In this document: positions 20,516 through 33,244 of the stretch, in pieces | Layout of the letters: each line of letters begins with the position of its first letter | Numbering within the stretch: position 1 is the first letter of the stretch | NCBI RefSeq assembly: GCF_025526975.1 | Contig: NW_026515679.1 | Coordinates: 1-64,000 of the forward strand | DNA length: 64,000 bases | Reading direction: 5' to 3' | Source: Fimicolochytrium jonesii | Taxonomy: Eukaryota | Made by a program: the position numbers and the translations under genes | Notes under the pieces: generated by a model | What the model was told of the DNA's origin: nothing | What the model saw: only the letters and a program-made list of their open reading frames with translations | Database searches by the model: none

Positions 20516-21906
20516 CTAAGTCTGCCTGTGGCCACTTATTGCGAGCAGAAGCTGGTGCAAGCGCTGCTGGGCCTGCTCCTGCCGACGTATGTCATCCCGC
20601 CGGCGCTCATCGTCGCGCTCCTCCTGTCTTGCGATCCGAGCTGCTTCTCTCTCTGCGTGAGCTGCTTCTCTCTCTGCATCTCTCTCCTCCATCTTTGCCA
20701 TATTCTGCTGCTGAAGAGTTGTGGCAGCAAGGAGAAACTCGCGTATCATTCCCTTGCCTTGCTTCTGGGCCAGACGCCCTCGAGACGCACTCCGCAACGA
20801 CTTAGGAGGTGCGGAAGATGCCGACGGGGCACTTTTTGCTCGAGACGTGGTCTGCGGCACAGTTAGAGGCATCCGCATAGCTGTCTCTGAGACAGGAGAG
20901 CCTCCGCGGTAATAAGACTGATGACTGCCTCTTCGGGGCGTACCAAACGCCACAAGAGAAGAGGCGCCACTATACCCCCCATATGACAACTGTCTCCGAA
21001 TGGATCTTCCTCATCCTCAACGCCATCCTCGTCCTCCACCACGTCCCCTCCTTCATCCCCATCATCCTGGGTGTCAGCAAGCGACTGCGTGATGTACGAG
21101 GGAGCCACAGCCGCATTCCCGTGACCCTCTTCCTCAACGACATCCCGCCATGGGTACCTTTCTTTGTATGCGCCTAACCCCCCTCCGCCAGTCTGCGCCA
21201 GCTTATCCCTGGCCTTCTTGTACAACATTTGAATGTTTTTCCATCGTGTCTCCGCTTGCGGGTAAGTCCAGCGCTGCGAGAGTTCATGATCTTCCCATCG
21301 GCCTTCAATGTACTCCCGTATGATCTGCTGGGTGTAAGCAGAGTTGAACGAAGAGCCCGAGATACGCGAGACAGCATGCGCCTTTGCAGACTGGTAGAGC
21401 TCGCAGAGCGCCATAGTCTCCTCCGTGGTCCAGGTAGTCTGACGTCGAGTCATGGCCTCTTCCCTAGCGGCTTCCCCAGCTTCCCTAGCGGCTGCCTGAG
21501 CAGCAGCGTCTGCCACTCGCTTCTCTTTCATGCGGGCTGTTGCCTCTGCCTTTCGGCTGGCCAGCTCTCTGGCGGCTAATGCCTTTTCGTCCTTCCTTCG
21601 AGCTTTCTCCGCCACAGCCCTTATCGTCGCTATTTCCTTCTCTCGCAGTCGCTGGGCGTTCAACGCCGAGAGACGGTTTCTCTCCGCCTCCATCTCCTCC
21701 GGGGTGTGACAAGGAGCCCTTTTCCGCTTTCCAGGGTTGGAGCAATCTGGCTCTGTGTCTGGAGACCATGCTGGAACGGTGGTGTCGTCTTGGATAAGTG
21801 CCTCATTGATGGAGACGGCCGTCGATATGGCTGAAAGTGTCGAGACTGTGGTGGATTCCGTGGCGACCGGAGTAGATTCTCCGGAGACAGCTGGAGACTG
21901 GCTCAT
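20516..21906 (-). CDS. Harbinger accessory Myb/SANT-like (trihelix) DNA-binding protein (one frameshift near 20990)
   Basis: TWTTEETMALCELY..RW..WTYPQAETRWKNIQMLYKKARD..YPW, an acidic tract and a C-terminal coiled coil (20516..20989 frame). Likely start MSQSP at 21906. Confidence 0.85.
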
Positions 21907-21957
21907 CTTGCGCAGAGCGAGGTAAAGGGGGTGTGGGAAGGTCCTTTTGGTGGTGTA

Positions 21958-22235
21958 CTGCAGGCCAATAGACACGCAGCAGTGGAGACAGCTCTGGAGA
22001 CGGATGGAGACAGCTCTGGAGACGGATGGAGACAGCTCTGGAGACGGAGACAGACTTGGACTGCAGGCCAATAGACACGCAGCAGTGGAGACAGCGCTGG
22101 AGACGGATGGAGACAGCTCTGGAGACGGAGACAGCTTTGGATTGCAGGCCAATAGACACGCAGCAGTGGAGACAGCTCTGGAAGTGCGCAGACAGCCGGA
22201 CACACCCGAGACGGCCGGAGACAGCCGGAGACGGC
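21958..22235. repeat. Subterminal tandem repeat built from GGAGAC units
   Basis: TGCAGGCCAATAGACACGCAGCAGTGGAGACAG x3, with nested GGAGACAGCTCTGGAGACGGAT units. Confidence 0.92.
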
Positions 22236-22818
22236 CGTGGACAAGCGTTTTGACCTCAAACCTGCTCAGGAGGTCGTTTGGGATCGAGGGCAGCTCTTGC
22301 AAACCTGGCAGAAAAAGCTCTGCCTTAAGGATGCTGAGCTCATCAAACGTAAGCTGATTGGCACTTTGCGCTACGGTGGAGACAGTTCCCGCCAGAATCT
22401 ATCCCTGGCACTGGGAAGGACCAAGACAGCGGAATGCAACCCTACACGCCGGTATCGCAAGGTTTTTTCGCAGTTTTTGCTTAGAGATAGCTTATCTCGG
22501 CCACAAAAAAACCACACTCTTTCGCAAACTCGATCCCAGTAAATTGTGGGCCTTAGCGTTAGGGTTAGCACTCCGCGCAAGGTAACCGGCCTTCCTCGCG
22601 AAGAAACTCGGAGGTAGGGTTAGCACTCCGCGCAAGGAACCAACGCAATTGCGAGCACCTCTGTACAGTACACATCCCGCCGACCACCTCCAGGTAACAA
22701 CAGCAATCCCTCACCCCGCGGCAATCCCTCACACTACCTAAAACAGATCACTCTAAATCCCTAATCCGGAATTTACCCGAGACCTGCTCCCCAGCAACTT
22801 CTGTCCAATCCCTCAACT

Positions 22819-24682
22819 ATGTCCGTAGCGCCAGAAACAATCCGCACGATGGAAAAGGAACGTCAGGAACAGAAAGCACCTCTGGAACCGGCGATCGACA
22901 ACAAGGATTTGGATACCCACCCCACCGATGACGCAACCCCGGATGACTTTGACCCTGAGTTTGCCCCAGAGCTAGATTACGGCGACCATCCCGATATCTG
23001 TGCAGATGAGAATGATGACAGCATGAGCGACGATGGGGAAATGTTCCAGCGACAACGCAGCGACAACGACGACAGCTTTGAGGAAGAACAGGAATCACAT
23101 GAGGGCGACGAGGGTCGTGAGGGCAACGAGGGTGGTGAGGGAGACCAAGACTTACAACGGTGACATCGCTGTGGTATGCACCGGTGAGCTGTAGAAGTCC
23201 TGGAGTATGCCATATCTGACACCCCAGTGTCGCTTTAACAGAATGCGAAGCAAAAGCCACTGTGCCCCAGTCAATACCACCGGAGACCACACGTACGCCT
23301 TCTTGCTGTGGATGAAGGACTGCGCGGGGGAGAGGGAGATGATGGGTGGTTAGTGCATCTGAACGCACGAAAGGGAAGTAGAAGCATGGTTGCAAGGCAC
23401 CTACCCAAGGAAGTTACCAACAAAATCACTCGCCGTTTCTTCCCTCGGTTCTCACCCTCCGAAGCCACACGAGGACGTAAGGGAGTCCCTCGCCAGGCTT
23501 AAAAGCCGGAGTGATAGATGTGGCAGCGGCGTTGAAGATGCCCGTGGGAGTGAGCGAGGAGTTTGTGTTTAACGCACTGAATGCCCTAAGGATGTGGTAC
23601 GTCCTTACCGAAATGTCAGCTTTGGCGCCACGCATCTAAACTGTCTTTCCATTGAGCAGTTTAATGAACCGCTAAGCGGGAGTCGCGGCAACCCTCAGTG
23701 GCACAGAACGAACCATTGACCGACAGGTCTGGTCCCGACGGACAGACTTGCTGGAAGAGCCAAGGATGATGACACGGCGCCGGCAACACGCTCTGCAAGA
23801 GAACGCATCCTCACGGTATTCATCGCGTGGGCAAAAGCCCATGCCAACTCCGGTTCTTCCAGTCTGAACTGAGCGGAATTCACCCGCTACCCTCTCGCTG
23901 CCCTCAGTTCCTGGACGTCAACAATCTGAAGGCACGGCGTGCCTATCCTCTTCAAAGCTATCCGTGATCAAGACCATCCACTTCGACTGGGACGGGTTTT
24001 TCGTCCAGGGTATGTCTTTGTTTCCTTTTCGCCGCATGTCTTCCACATTCGGCCTTACATTCGCTTCTCTATCCCTTCTGGGATTGTGTGCTAGGCCCGC
24101 GGGCTTTGCGTTGGATTTGCGTAGGACTGCCTCAGGCGTTGCTTCGGATACGAAGTATCTTCAATCTCGTAGAAGATACTTCATATGCCAAAGGCACGCC
24201 TGAGGCAGTACTCCGCAAGAAATCGCAAGCTCAAGCGCTACGCATCGTGCGACAAAAGCCCTACTGTGGAAGCCTTCAAGAACCTCACCCGGCTGGAACA
24301 AGACGTTCTCAGCGAGCTCTTCTGCATCGTGCCCCAATGTCGCCAGACGACGACGACGATGGTGGTAGCATGGCATACCAGGTCATCGTGAATCCGTTCG
24401 AGTTCTTACCGTCGTACTGCTTGCTGAAGCGCTTGTTCGAAGAGCGTCTCCCACGTGCAACAAAGGCCTTCAAACCCGCTGCGAACCAGGCTGTCTCACA
24501 TTCCGTCCTATGCAACCATGGACACAGCCTACCTCCTCAGAAGCGTGCTACAATTACCCGGAGAACTGGGCGCGTACAAAGAAGATTTCAAGAGACAAGA
24601 CTGGGGCACAGTGTTTGATCTCACGAACGGTCGGGCATTTAAACCCCGCCGGGTGCGTGGCGTGGTCGCCATGAAATGGTAA
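22819..24682 (+). pseudogene. Degraded intron-containing gene of unknown function
   Basis: Acidic 114-aa ORF followed by broken frames and splice-like sites (GTGAGC..CTGAC..CAG at ~23184-23241, GTATGT ~24009, GTAAGT ~24679). Confidence 0.3.
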
Positions 24683-26525
24683 GTCTCTTTCCTACTCTTC
24701 GGCTATCCTACTCTTCTTGAGTCTTAGTGTCTCGGGGTGTCTCGGGGTCTTCGGGTCTCAGGCACTCATCACTTGCCTCATCATAGGGACGGAATGATAT
24801 CCACTGATGCACACGGAGTGTCGGTCTCCTCAAGAGGCTCATCAAACAGGGTTAAAGACAACCAAGAAAGCCACGCAATCCAAGGCTGCTAAACAAGACG
24901 CCAGTCAGGGCGACCTACTTAGACCGAAACATGGATGATTTGCGCTTCGCAAGGAGCATCGTCGTCTGTCGTGACCTCCTCCAAGATCGCACCATGCGGT
25001 CCACCTCGAGCCAACGCGCAATGGAAATCGCCTAAGACAACGGGCTGGTGGAATGTCTTTGCGCGTGCGAGAATCAAGTGCGCGGCGCAAGCCACATATC
25101 TACAATGCGACCGTTGTTGAATTTATAACAGACTTGTTCCATTCCTTCATAGAGTTTGGATCAGCCCATCGCTCAGCGAACCAGTGACGACATGTGGTCG
25201 TGCTAATCGCTTGAATCCTACAACCACCAGCTTCCAGAACGAGGGGATAGAACTGACAGAAAAACTGACAGCACATCTACTCCGCCTTCGCAAGACACTG
25301 CAGGCTGCGCTACACGGCGGAGCACATTCTTACATCGAGCGCCTCCTTGTTTACCGTCGTAGCTTATCATGTCTCAGAGATGTGCGTCCCAAGTCTCAGC
25401 GAGATGATTCAATGACGTACGCCGAGCTTCACATGTCAATCAAGCGTTCATGGCATTCCAGAAGCCGAGAAAATGTAGCAAAGCTGTGGACATCTAGAAA
25501 AGTGGAAGACACTGGCATCAGCCACAGCATAAACAGATCAATTTGAAATCCCACTGGAAAAAATCGAGTTACCGTCATACATCGGTCTGCCCAGCGGTCG
25601 CATGGGCCTCTGAAGACGACGAAGACGCAGCTCTGTCAAGGTTAAGCATGCCACGCGCATTTAGAGCTTTCCCGCCCCGATGCATTTTGCTGAGTGGGTG
25701 TCTTCTGAGTGGGTAGTAGATGTCCGATAGGAAAAAAAACAGTCGAAAAGTGTCAGTCCCGTCATCGTCGCAAAAAGTTTGTTGATGACAAGCTTCCTCA
25801 TCGAGAAGATTGTCCTCAATTGACGACAATAGTAAGATGTTCTCAGTAGTAAGATGCAGTAAGATTGTCCTCAAAAGTGTAATTTCAGAAGACGCAATGC
25901 AAGGTGAAAAATGGCTTAACTCCTCAGCCCACAATCGTGCGATTTGTAAACAACAGCAATAGAGATTTTGCTCAGCCATTTCGCTATTGACGCCCCCCCG
26001 CCCCCGCATTCCAGCGTCCGCCAATATTTATTGGGGGCAAACCCATGGGTTTCCCTCTCGCCCTTCCGTCTGTTCCCCGCTCCCATTTTCTCGGTGTGTG
26101 CGCAATAGTATTCCTTGAATACGAGAACCACCACGAGTAGTACAGCTGTTTGCGCAGGCGTCCGACCAACAGTGACGGGTCCCTGTCCGAAAGCCGCCTC
26201 ACGCGTCCGTGCTCCCCCGCCTGCGCTTCTTCCATCTCGCCTGCGCTTTCCCCAAGAACCCCCTTTTTCGGGTCTCTTTCCACGCACCCACACTACCATT
26301 ACAACGTCGTTTCTCTCAAACCCCTCAGGCCCCCCCCCCTCTTTCGAGACCAACGCTTACAGAAGTACCCTCTTTCGTCGAATACCACCCAAGCGTTCGT
26401 TCGCTTTCAAAGCGCCTATTCGTACCGTTTCGTCTAAGCCGAAAGAGGTTCAAGATTGCGAGTTCTCCTTCAAGGGTCTCTCCTACCGAACCCTGTCTAA
26501 ATACTCGACGTTTGACATATTTAAG

Positions 26526-29500
26526 ATGCGGTCCTATGCTCGTCGCGGCCATCGAGGCGGAAACGGCTCGAACGGCAACGGCAAGCCAATGACGGCCACC
26601 ACCACCACTTCACCAGTGGACTCCGGAACACTGGAGGAAGGCCAAGAGACACACCGACTTACTGCGAAAGACGACAACGAGGTGGACATCGCAAGGCAGT
26701 TCCAGGAAGAACTTGCGCGCAACTCGGTGAAAGTGGAGAAAGAGCTGGCCATGGCGTCGAAGGCCAGAAGTCAGAGACGAAGTTCGAACGCTGACGCTGG
26801 CTCGTTTCGAAGGAGAAGCGTATATGGGAGTCGCGACGCCGCAAACGGTTTTGCAGAATATCTACCCACCACTACGCCCACCCTCATATACGAGAACGAA
26901 GATGGCATTGATTCTCTCATTGAAAGAATTCAGACACAGGGTCTCGACTCGGTCTGCGAGAAGCCGGAAGAGGGCGAAGGTTCCAAGAAACGAAAAAATA
27001 AGAGGAAGTCCAAGAGCCGCGCCGATTTGAAGGAAGGCGAAGGCACGACTCTGACTCCAGCCCCAGTCATCAGCTCCATCGAGCGGGAAGACCAGGGCTC
27101 ACCGACAACGGTCGCGATTGCGGCGGAGCCCAGCGGCCACTCGCCACCGAACCGAAAGACGCGGCTTTCCTCGATTTCCCCTCCTCATCACAAGGGCCGC
27201 AAATCGGTCAAGGGAAGGGGCCTTACACCCCCAATCCTTTCTCCTGTCCCTTCGGTACACCTGCCGAGGCAGAGAGAATTGTCTTCGGATATTCACCACC
27301 TGTCCATTTCGCAGTTGGTCCCTGTGGCACTTTACAGTGCTTTACTGGAAGAGGTACTATCTCTAGGATACAACTTGGAGAACGTTTCTCGGTGAGTGTG
27401 CATTGACGTAGTGGCGATCTAATGTAATGCATCGGACGTTTACGCAAGGCTTCACATTCTAGTAAATCCGAGTACCTTGGTTCGGCGGAGAAGAACTGCG
27501 CCAATGGCGTCTGGCCGGCATCCCCCGACTGGCGATCCGACCCACCTCAGACAACCCACGCCCAATGTCGCATTCAGCTAACCATGCGAGATGGGGGCCG
27601 GCCGTTGTCGGTAGAAGCCCTCCATCTGGCCATGACACGAGCATTACAAACCTCGCAGGCCACCGAGGCCGACAGCCAGGCGTTGCGGGCGACACCAGCC
27701 AGCGAAATCTTCAGGGTGTCTCGGGATGTACGAACGAAAGGCACATTGCCATATGTGGAGAACCCGGACCGGTTGTTTCCTCCTCGCGAAAAGGCTGAAG
27801 CAAGGGTCGCGAGAGCGGACGTTCTCAGTTTGGACCCGGAGCTTCCCCAGGTATGCACTGGCATACACGAAATTACCAACTGCGTGACCTCAGAAAAGGC
27901 TAACCACTTGGTGATTCTACGCAGCTGGTCTTCCTCGCTGCTCGTCTTGATTTCGCGCTGCCGCTGATGAAACGGCTCTGCAACCCGGAATCGGGCTTCC
28001 AATGCGTCGGCCTCAAATACGTCAAAGAGCTACGCACCAGCGACGCCGCCCATCTCTTGTGTTCTGACCAGGATAGTCACGAATACAAGTTTGCCATGGA
28101 AGAGTTAACCTGTGCGGGGACACAAGGGTGGATGTTTCTGGTTCTTTGGAAGGTGGACGGGTATCGTGAGGCGCATACGATCGTTGGTACGTTCAGATAT
28201 GGGCGTTCTCTCAAGTTCCATTCATGGTAGCTAAAGGTCCTCCGAATGACTGCAGAAAAATACATGCAATCTTTTCTCAGCATATCCGAGACCACCTCGG
28301 CTCCGGCATTAGGGCGTCGCCGGCGTAGGGAGAAGGGTGCCATGAACGGATCAACAGCCCCGGCGGAGACGTTGGAGTCTCTAAAGCTGAAGGTGCTTGT
28401 TTCCCCCGATGCGAAAACTGCTTATGGGCAGATAACGATATTTTTTCACGACTCGGAGCTGGTACCCAGCGACACTACGAACTGGCCGGATAGGCACTGC
28501 CATCCACCATGGTACATGCTAGACCCCCAGGTCGCGAAAACGATGACCGCACATCCTCCGTTTTTGTCAACGGTCTGCATCGTCAAGCAAGAGAAGGTAT
28601 GTGCCGATGATCTTCGTCTGTGTTTGACATTTGTTGACTCTGACACCTACCCAATCTCAGTTCAGTGAGTTAGGCAACATCCTCATGCGACTCAAGGCAG
28701 AGCGTTTTGATATTGCCGGACTTAAGGAAATGCGCATCAGTTTCAACTCGGCCAGTAGAATGTTCAACCCCGCCGACTTTCATGGAAGAGTCACGGAAGA
28801 CTCTAGGCAGTCATTTATCCAAGAATTGACGGCCGGGCCTGTAATCGTCATGCTCCTGGAGAGAACGAATGGCATCAAGAAGATGCAAGAGTTGCTTGGT
28901 AAGCTTCCCTTTGCCTGTGTGAGAAGGGTTATGGTATGATTGAGGTAACGGGACTGACGCCTGATCTTTTGCAGCCGATCTGTCCGCTCATTCCAAGCCC
29001 GAATCAAAACCAGCTCCTTTCTTTCGTCACGGCCTCTACTGTTCCATGTCTTGGCAGCAAGGTCGGACGCATCGTATGACCCTCTTCTCCGAAGGGCCTA
29101 CGTGTCGATTAAGGCACGACCGCGAAAATGGCGAAGTAAGTAAGCGTGAATGGAGGCCACTTTGGACGGCAACTAATTTGGACCACTTCTAGTTTACGCA
29201 GACCCTCAACCCCACTGAATTCGTGACCGAGGCGCCTCGTTACCCGCGCACATTGATTTGCAACCGACAGCGAAAAGGATTTTTTAACTACGTCAGATCT
29301 CAACGTGAATACGGAGCGCAGCCCGAGCCGCCACTCCTTCCGCAACCGGAACTTGCGTGCGTTACACTTCTCCCAACAACCCTTACCACTGGAGATACTT
29401 ACGAGCTATGGGGAATGGTACTAAAACGCCTATTTGCCCCGGAAACCCCACCGGCAGTCAAAGCGGACGTTTCGGAAGTGGAGGTCGCCCTCCCACTACG

Positions 29501-30145
29501 TTGTCCGTCTGCTGGGCGATCGCGGAATAAGCGTAAAAATCGTTCGCAACAGAAACGGGCAGCGGTGGGAAAGGCGGACCCTTTACCTCCGGTAGTGCTG
29601 GCTCCTCCGTCAGATGCACACACGGAGACTCCCGTCACTGTGCCACCCCGCATCGTGGCTACCAAGTACGTTGTGTGCGGCGAGTCAGCGGTGAAGGAAT
29701 GGAAACGGTGGCTTCCCGAATCATACCGCCCGGACGGCGAGCAACAATCACCGGTTGTATCATGGTCTTCGCGATTGGAGAGCGACGTCGGGACTACAGA
29801 TATATCCGATGATGAGAATGCACCACCATGGGACCTCGTAAGTTTGCTTTCACACCATTGTCACGGCATGACGTTCGGTGTCGGCCCTAATCTCCCTTCT
29901 GCGTCTATTCACCTTATCAGATGCAACGCGGTGCATGTCTGGCTGTCGCTTTGGAAGTAGATAGCGCCGAACGAGTCAAAGCTATCATCGATAGCCTGCC
30001 CGAACACCAGCGCCGTTGTGTGACGTATACCACGACGTGCGCTGAGGCGTGCGGGCAACTCCCGGTATTTTTTGGAGAGCTTTTTGACTCCTTCTACAAG
30101 ATCGTATTGGAAAAGCACGAAACCGCAAGCGCTCCTTCCCTGTGA
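26526..30145 (+). CDS. Multi-exon protein with degenerate NDK-like domains, possibly flagellar
   Basis: Exons encode GFQCVGLKYV..FLVLWKVDG and LGNILMRLKAERFDIAGLKEM..ELTAGPVIVMLLERTNGIKKMQELLG (NDK fold pattern). No HGSD catalytic motif seen. Confidence 0.6.
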
Positions 30146-30858
30146 AGCGGGAAAACAAGCGATGGGTTATTGAACGGAAGTAGTAGTGGTTATGAAGAGT
30201 CAGAGAAGAGAAGAAGTCGTTATAAGGGGTATCCGTACGTAGGCCACGCGCACCATTGACATGTAGTTCTCATTGGCACCTCCCCAATGAGAAAATTTTG
30301 AAGCGCAATGTGATCTTGCCATGGGCCTGCAAACCTGCGAAGCTTCAAGAGCTCTCGAAATATCGCAGTCATCTTTGCTGCAACTGACATGGAATCCGCC
30401 CGTAGCTTCGGAGGCGTTGTCCTCATCCTGGTTCCCACGCTTGTCCATCAATTGCCACTCTTCGTCGACCGGCCCAATGAAATGCGGTGAACGAGCGCCA
30501 ACACTGCGAGAAGCAACCTCTACGCAATGCATCATATGGCTATGCATGCGGGCCTAGACGTAGGCGGATAGGAGCGGCCGAGGAGCGGCCGAAGGAATGA
30601 GGCGGTCTTTCAGTGGTTTTCTGCATACGACGTTGCTTTATCAGACATCTTGTAGACTCGGTAGCTTATAATGCAATTCCGTTGTTACATTTGAAGGGTG
30701 GAGCAATCTCGAGATCTGAAGCGGAGTTTACATCATGGTCATTACATCATGCATCTCACGCGTCTTCTCCTGCTTGGCAGGGGAACCTTCGATCTAGAGA
30801 CTTGCTATCCAAGTCGTTAACATCCTGAGAATCATCAGACGTTCAGCAGGGCATCAGG

Positions 30859-31642
30859 ATGTTTCCAGGCTCGCTATCCTCCGCATGGCTCTTTGCCTTC
30901 TTCAGCCTGTGTGGCTTGAGCGTATCCCTGAACCCACGCTTGGTCTGTCCAGCAGTCTCGACCGCCAGCGCTCTCCTCACCACCATCGACGCCGCAGCCC
31001 CATCGCTGGGACTGTCAAAGCTATCAGAGTGGTGCCTTGAACCGACAACGGCAAAGACAGGATCGAAGGCGGAACGCACTTGCGCGCTTATCAAACCTGA
31101 TGCGTTTGCGGCCGGGTATAAGGATGCAATAGTGGAGCGGATATTGGCAGAAGGCTTCAAGATCGTGAACAGCAAGGACCTTATGTTAACGACGAAACAG
31201 GCAGAGGAGTTTTATGAGGAACATCAGGCGAGGAGCTTTTACCGAGAGCTGGTGGAATGGATGAGCACGTCAGTTCCATTGCGTTTGTAGGGTCAAGCGA
31301 GACTATGATGCGCCATTGACACGCCATGGGAGATAGGCCAGATCAACCGATTCACGCGATGGTGCTGGAAAGGGAGAACGCTGTGAAGGCTTGGCGGGAG
31401 CTCGCCGGACCCACCAACTCCGCGAATGCCAGGAAGGTCGCCCCACAGAGGTAATCGAACGACGGTTCTGTAGGATGAGCGTGGAAGGGGTGAGAACTCA
31501 TTCGTTTTCCAGCATCCGAGCTTTGTATGGAACCGACAGCTCCAAAAACGCTGTGCATGGGTCGGATAGCCTTGAATCTGCTCAACGCGAGATTCGCATC
31601 ATATTTGGTGATACGCATCATGTTCATGTTCAAAACTTTTAA
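30859..31642 (+). CDS. Nucleoside diphosphate kinase family protein (3 exons) with hydrophobic N-terminus
   Basis: ERTCALIKPDA..EEFYEEH..WRELAGPT..IRALYGTD..NAVHGSDS..AQREI; introns at ~31269-31337 and ~31451-31512. Confidence 0.93.
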
Positions 31643-31842
31643 GCGAAGATTATGGAAGCCCATAGGATATAGTGTTTAGGTTGCCGCGGCTTGTCTGTGA
31701 GATGTGATACGCTGTATCTTGGTACAAACTTTGCTGCCCAGCAGCACGAGACCCGAAAAACATCCCGACCTCCATGTCGATAGACCTGACTCGGGGGGTT
31801 TGTAATCGATTTTGTACAGACACCGAGTCCCTGTTGAAAACG

Positions 31843-32892
31843 TTACGCTCCAAAGTGTCCGGTATCTGAACGCATGTAGGCGTTTGCGGCCGTCTGCCAA
31901 GAACAAGAGATGAGTTCCGGTGCTGACATCAACAGCGGCACGATTGTGAACGCACCTGAGCGGCTCCAGATTGCACGCCAATGACCGCGGCCTCATTTCG
32001 CGCGCTCTGCAGCGTGTGACCCGCAGCCCGGTTCGACGCATGGACATCCTTCCATAGCCACACGGAGTACAGAGCGTTCAATACCCACCCAGCCGTAGCT
32101 GCGATGCAGAAGATTCCCGCGACCAGCTTTCCGTTCGCCAATGCCGCGAGCAAGTTGATGACACCAGCGCCTCCAGACGCTGGGATGCCAATAGCCATAT
32201 AAGATGCGTAGAGAATGTGGATGCCGTTGAAGAGTAGGAAGGTGTAGAAGTAGATTCCCGCGTTTTTCTGGAACGCCATATATACTGGCCGGTACCATAA
32301 GTACAGGGATCCGGCGCCTATGAATGGGACTATAACAGCATGTGAGACACATTCCAGAGCAAAGAAAGGACCAGCAATAGTTATGCTTACTGGAGAATAG
32401 ACTGACGCCAAAATCAGACGCAACGTTTGGTAATGAATCAGGGTGCGAGATCAAGAGAGCAAGACACGCCGCCATGTTCAGCACTAGTACGCCGATCGTA
32501 CTGAACCACAGCCGGTAGATATTCCTCACAAGCCGCCTACTCGGTTCAGGAATATCGCCCTCGATATCGTGGTGGAACAACGGGTAAAACTTAGGCCAGT
32601 TAGGCGGTTGGAACCCGGCTGCCCGCATCGCTTCCTGGTCCCTCTTCAACGCAGCTTCCCGCGCATTGAGATCCTCCTCCCTCCGGCGTAGCTCCTCTTC
32701 CTTTGCCGCAAAAGAGGCGGACGTCGCCTGGGCTGGCTGTGCGTAGGCTGCCGAGGCATACGCTGGTTCCGATGTTGAGGCGCTGTAGGAGTTGAATGCG
32801 TATGGGGACGCTTGTGTTGCGGATGAGTCGGCGAAGGGGTTATCATTGATGTCGCCCTCGTCGGGCAAGGCGAAGGGGTTTGCTGAGGCCAT
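31843..32892 (-). CDS. SCAMP family secretory carrier membrane protein
   Basis: N-terminal NPF motifs, EEELRRREEDL coiled coil, PPNWPKF..HHDI, LWYRPVYMAF, four hydrophobic segments; two introns inferred. Confidence 0.92.
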
Positions 32893-33244
32893 CGTGAGGT
32901 TATTGGCGGTTTCCTGCTGGTGAGAGTCGTGCTCGCCGTCTTTCTTCTTATTAAGGAGATCTCGAAGTGAGGATTCCGTCGATGTCCATGTTCACCAACC
33001 GGTGCGGCCAGTTTGGGCGACCGCTATTTTGACGGCGTCCCCATGATGATTCCCACGAGCTGTCAAAGTGTCAGTGATGGTTTCAGAGCACTTCCTGCTT
33101 CCCCAACCTTCAACCGCGAAACAGCAAACCTTCGGACCGACAGTTTGGAGATCCGCACTCCTTTCCCTTATCCCATTGGCCACTGGGAAACCGATTCGCC
33201 ACTCTTCCTTCTCCGGATACATTTAGCTTGATACTACCAGCACC

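Larger units (their letters stand above)
11453..22552 (+). mobile_element. PIF/Harbinger DNA transposon (right part), interrupted by the virus and by an LTR retrotransposon
   Basis: HARBI1-type transposase plus a convergent Myb/SANT-like gene is the canonical Harbinger pair. Candidate right end is ..AAATTGTGGGCC followed by TTA (22553-22555). The left TIR is not in the window, so the right boundary is tentative. Confidence 0.75.

Noticed and set aside
21907..22302. N-terminal extension of the Myb-like ORF
   Set aside because: Translates the GGAGAC tandem array, which is open in several frames; ATG 21906 is the more plausible start.
24900..26030. Possible small genes between the transposon zone and the NDK-like gene
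   Set aside because: Could not assemble a consistent spliced frame or recognise a family.
30843..31175. Antisense ORF starting MLFTILKPS as a second NDK
   Set aside because: Chance resemblance opposite the real NDK exon; no further NDK motifs.
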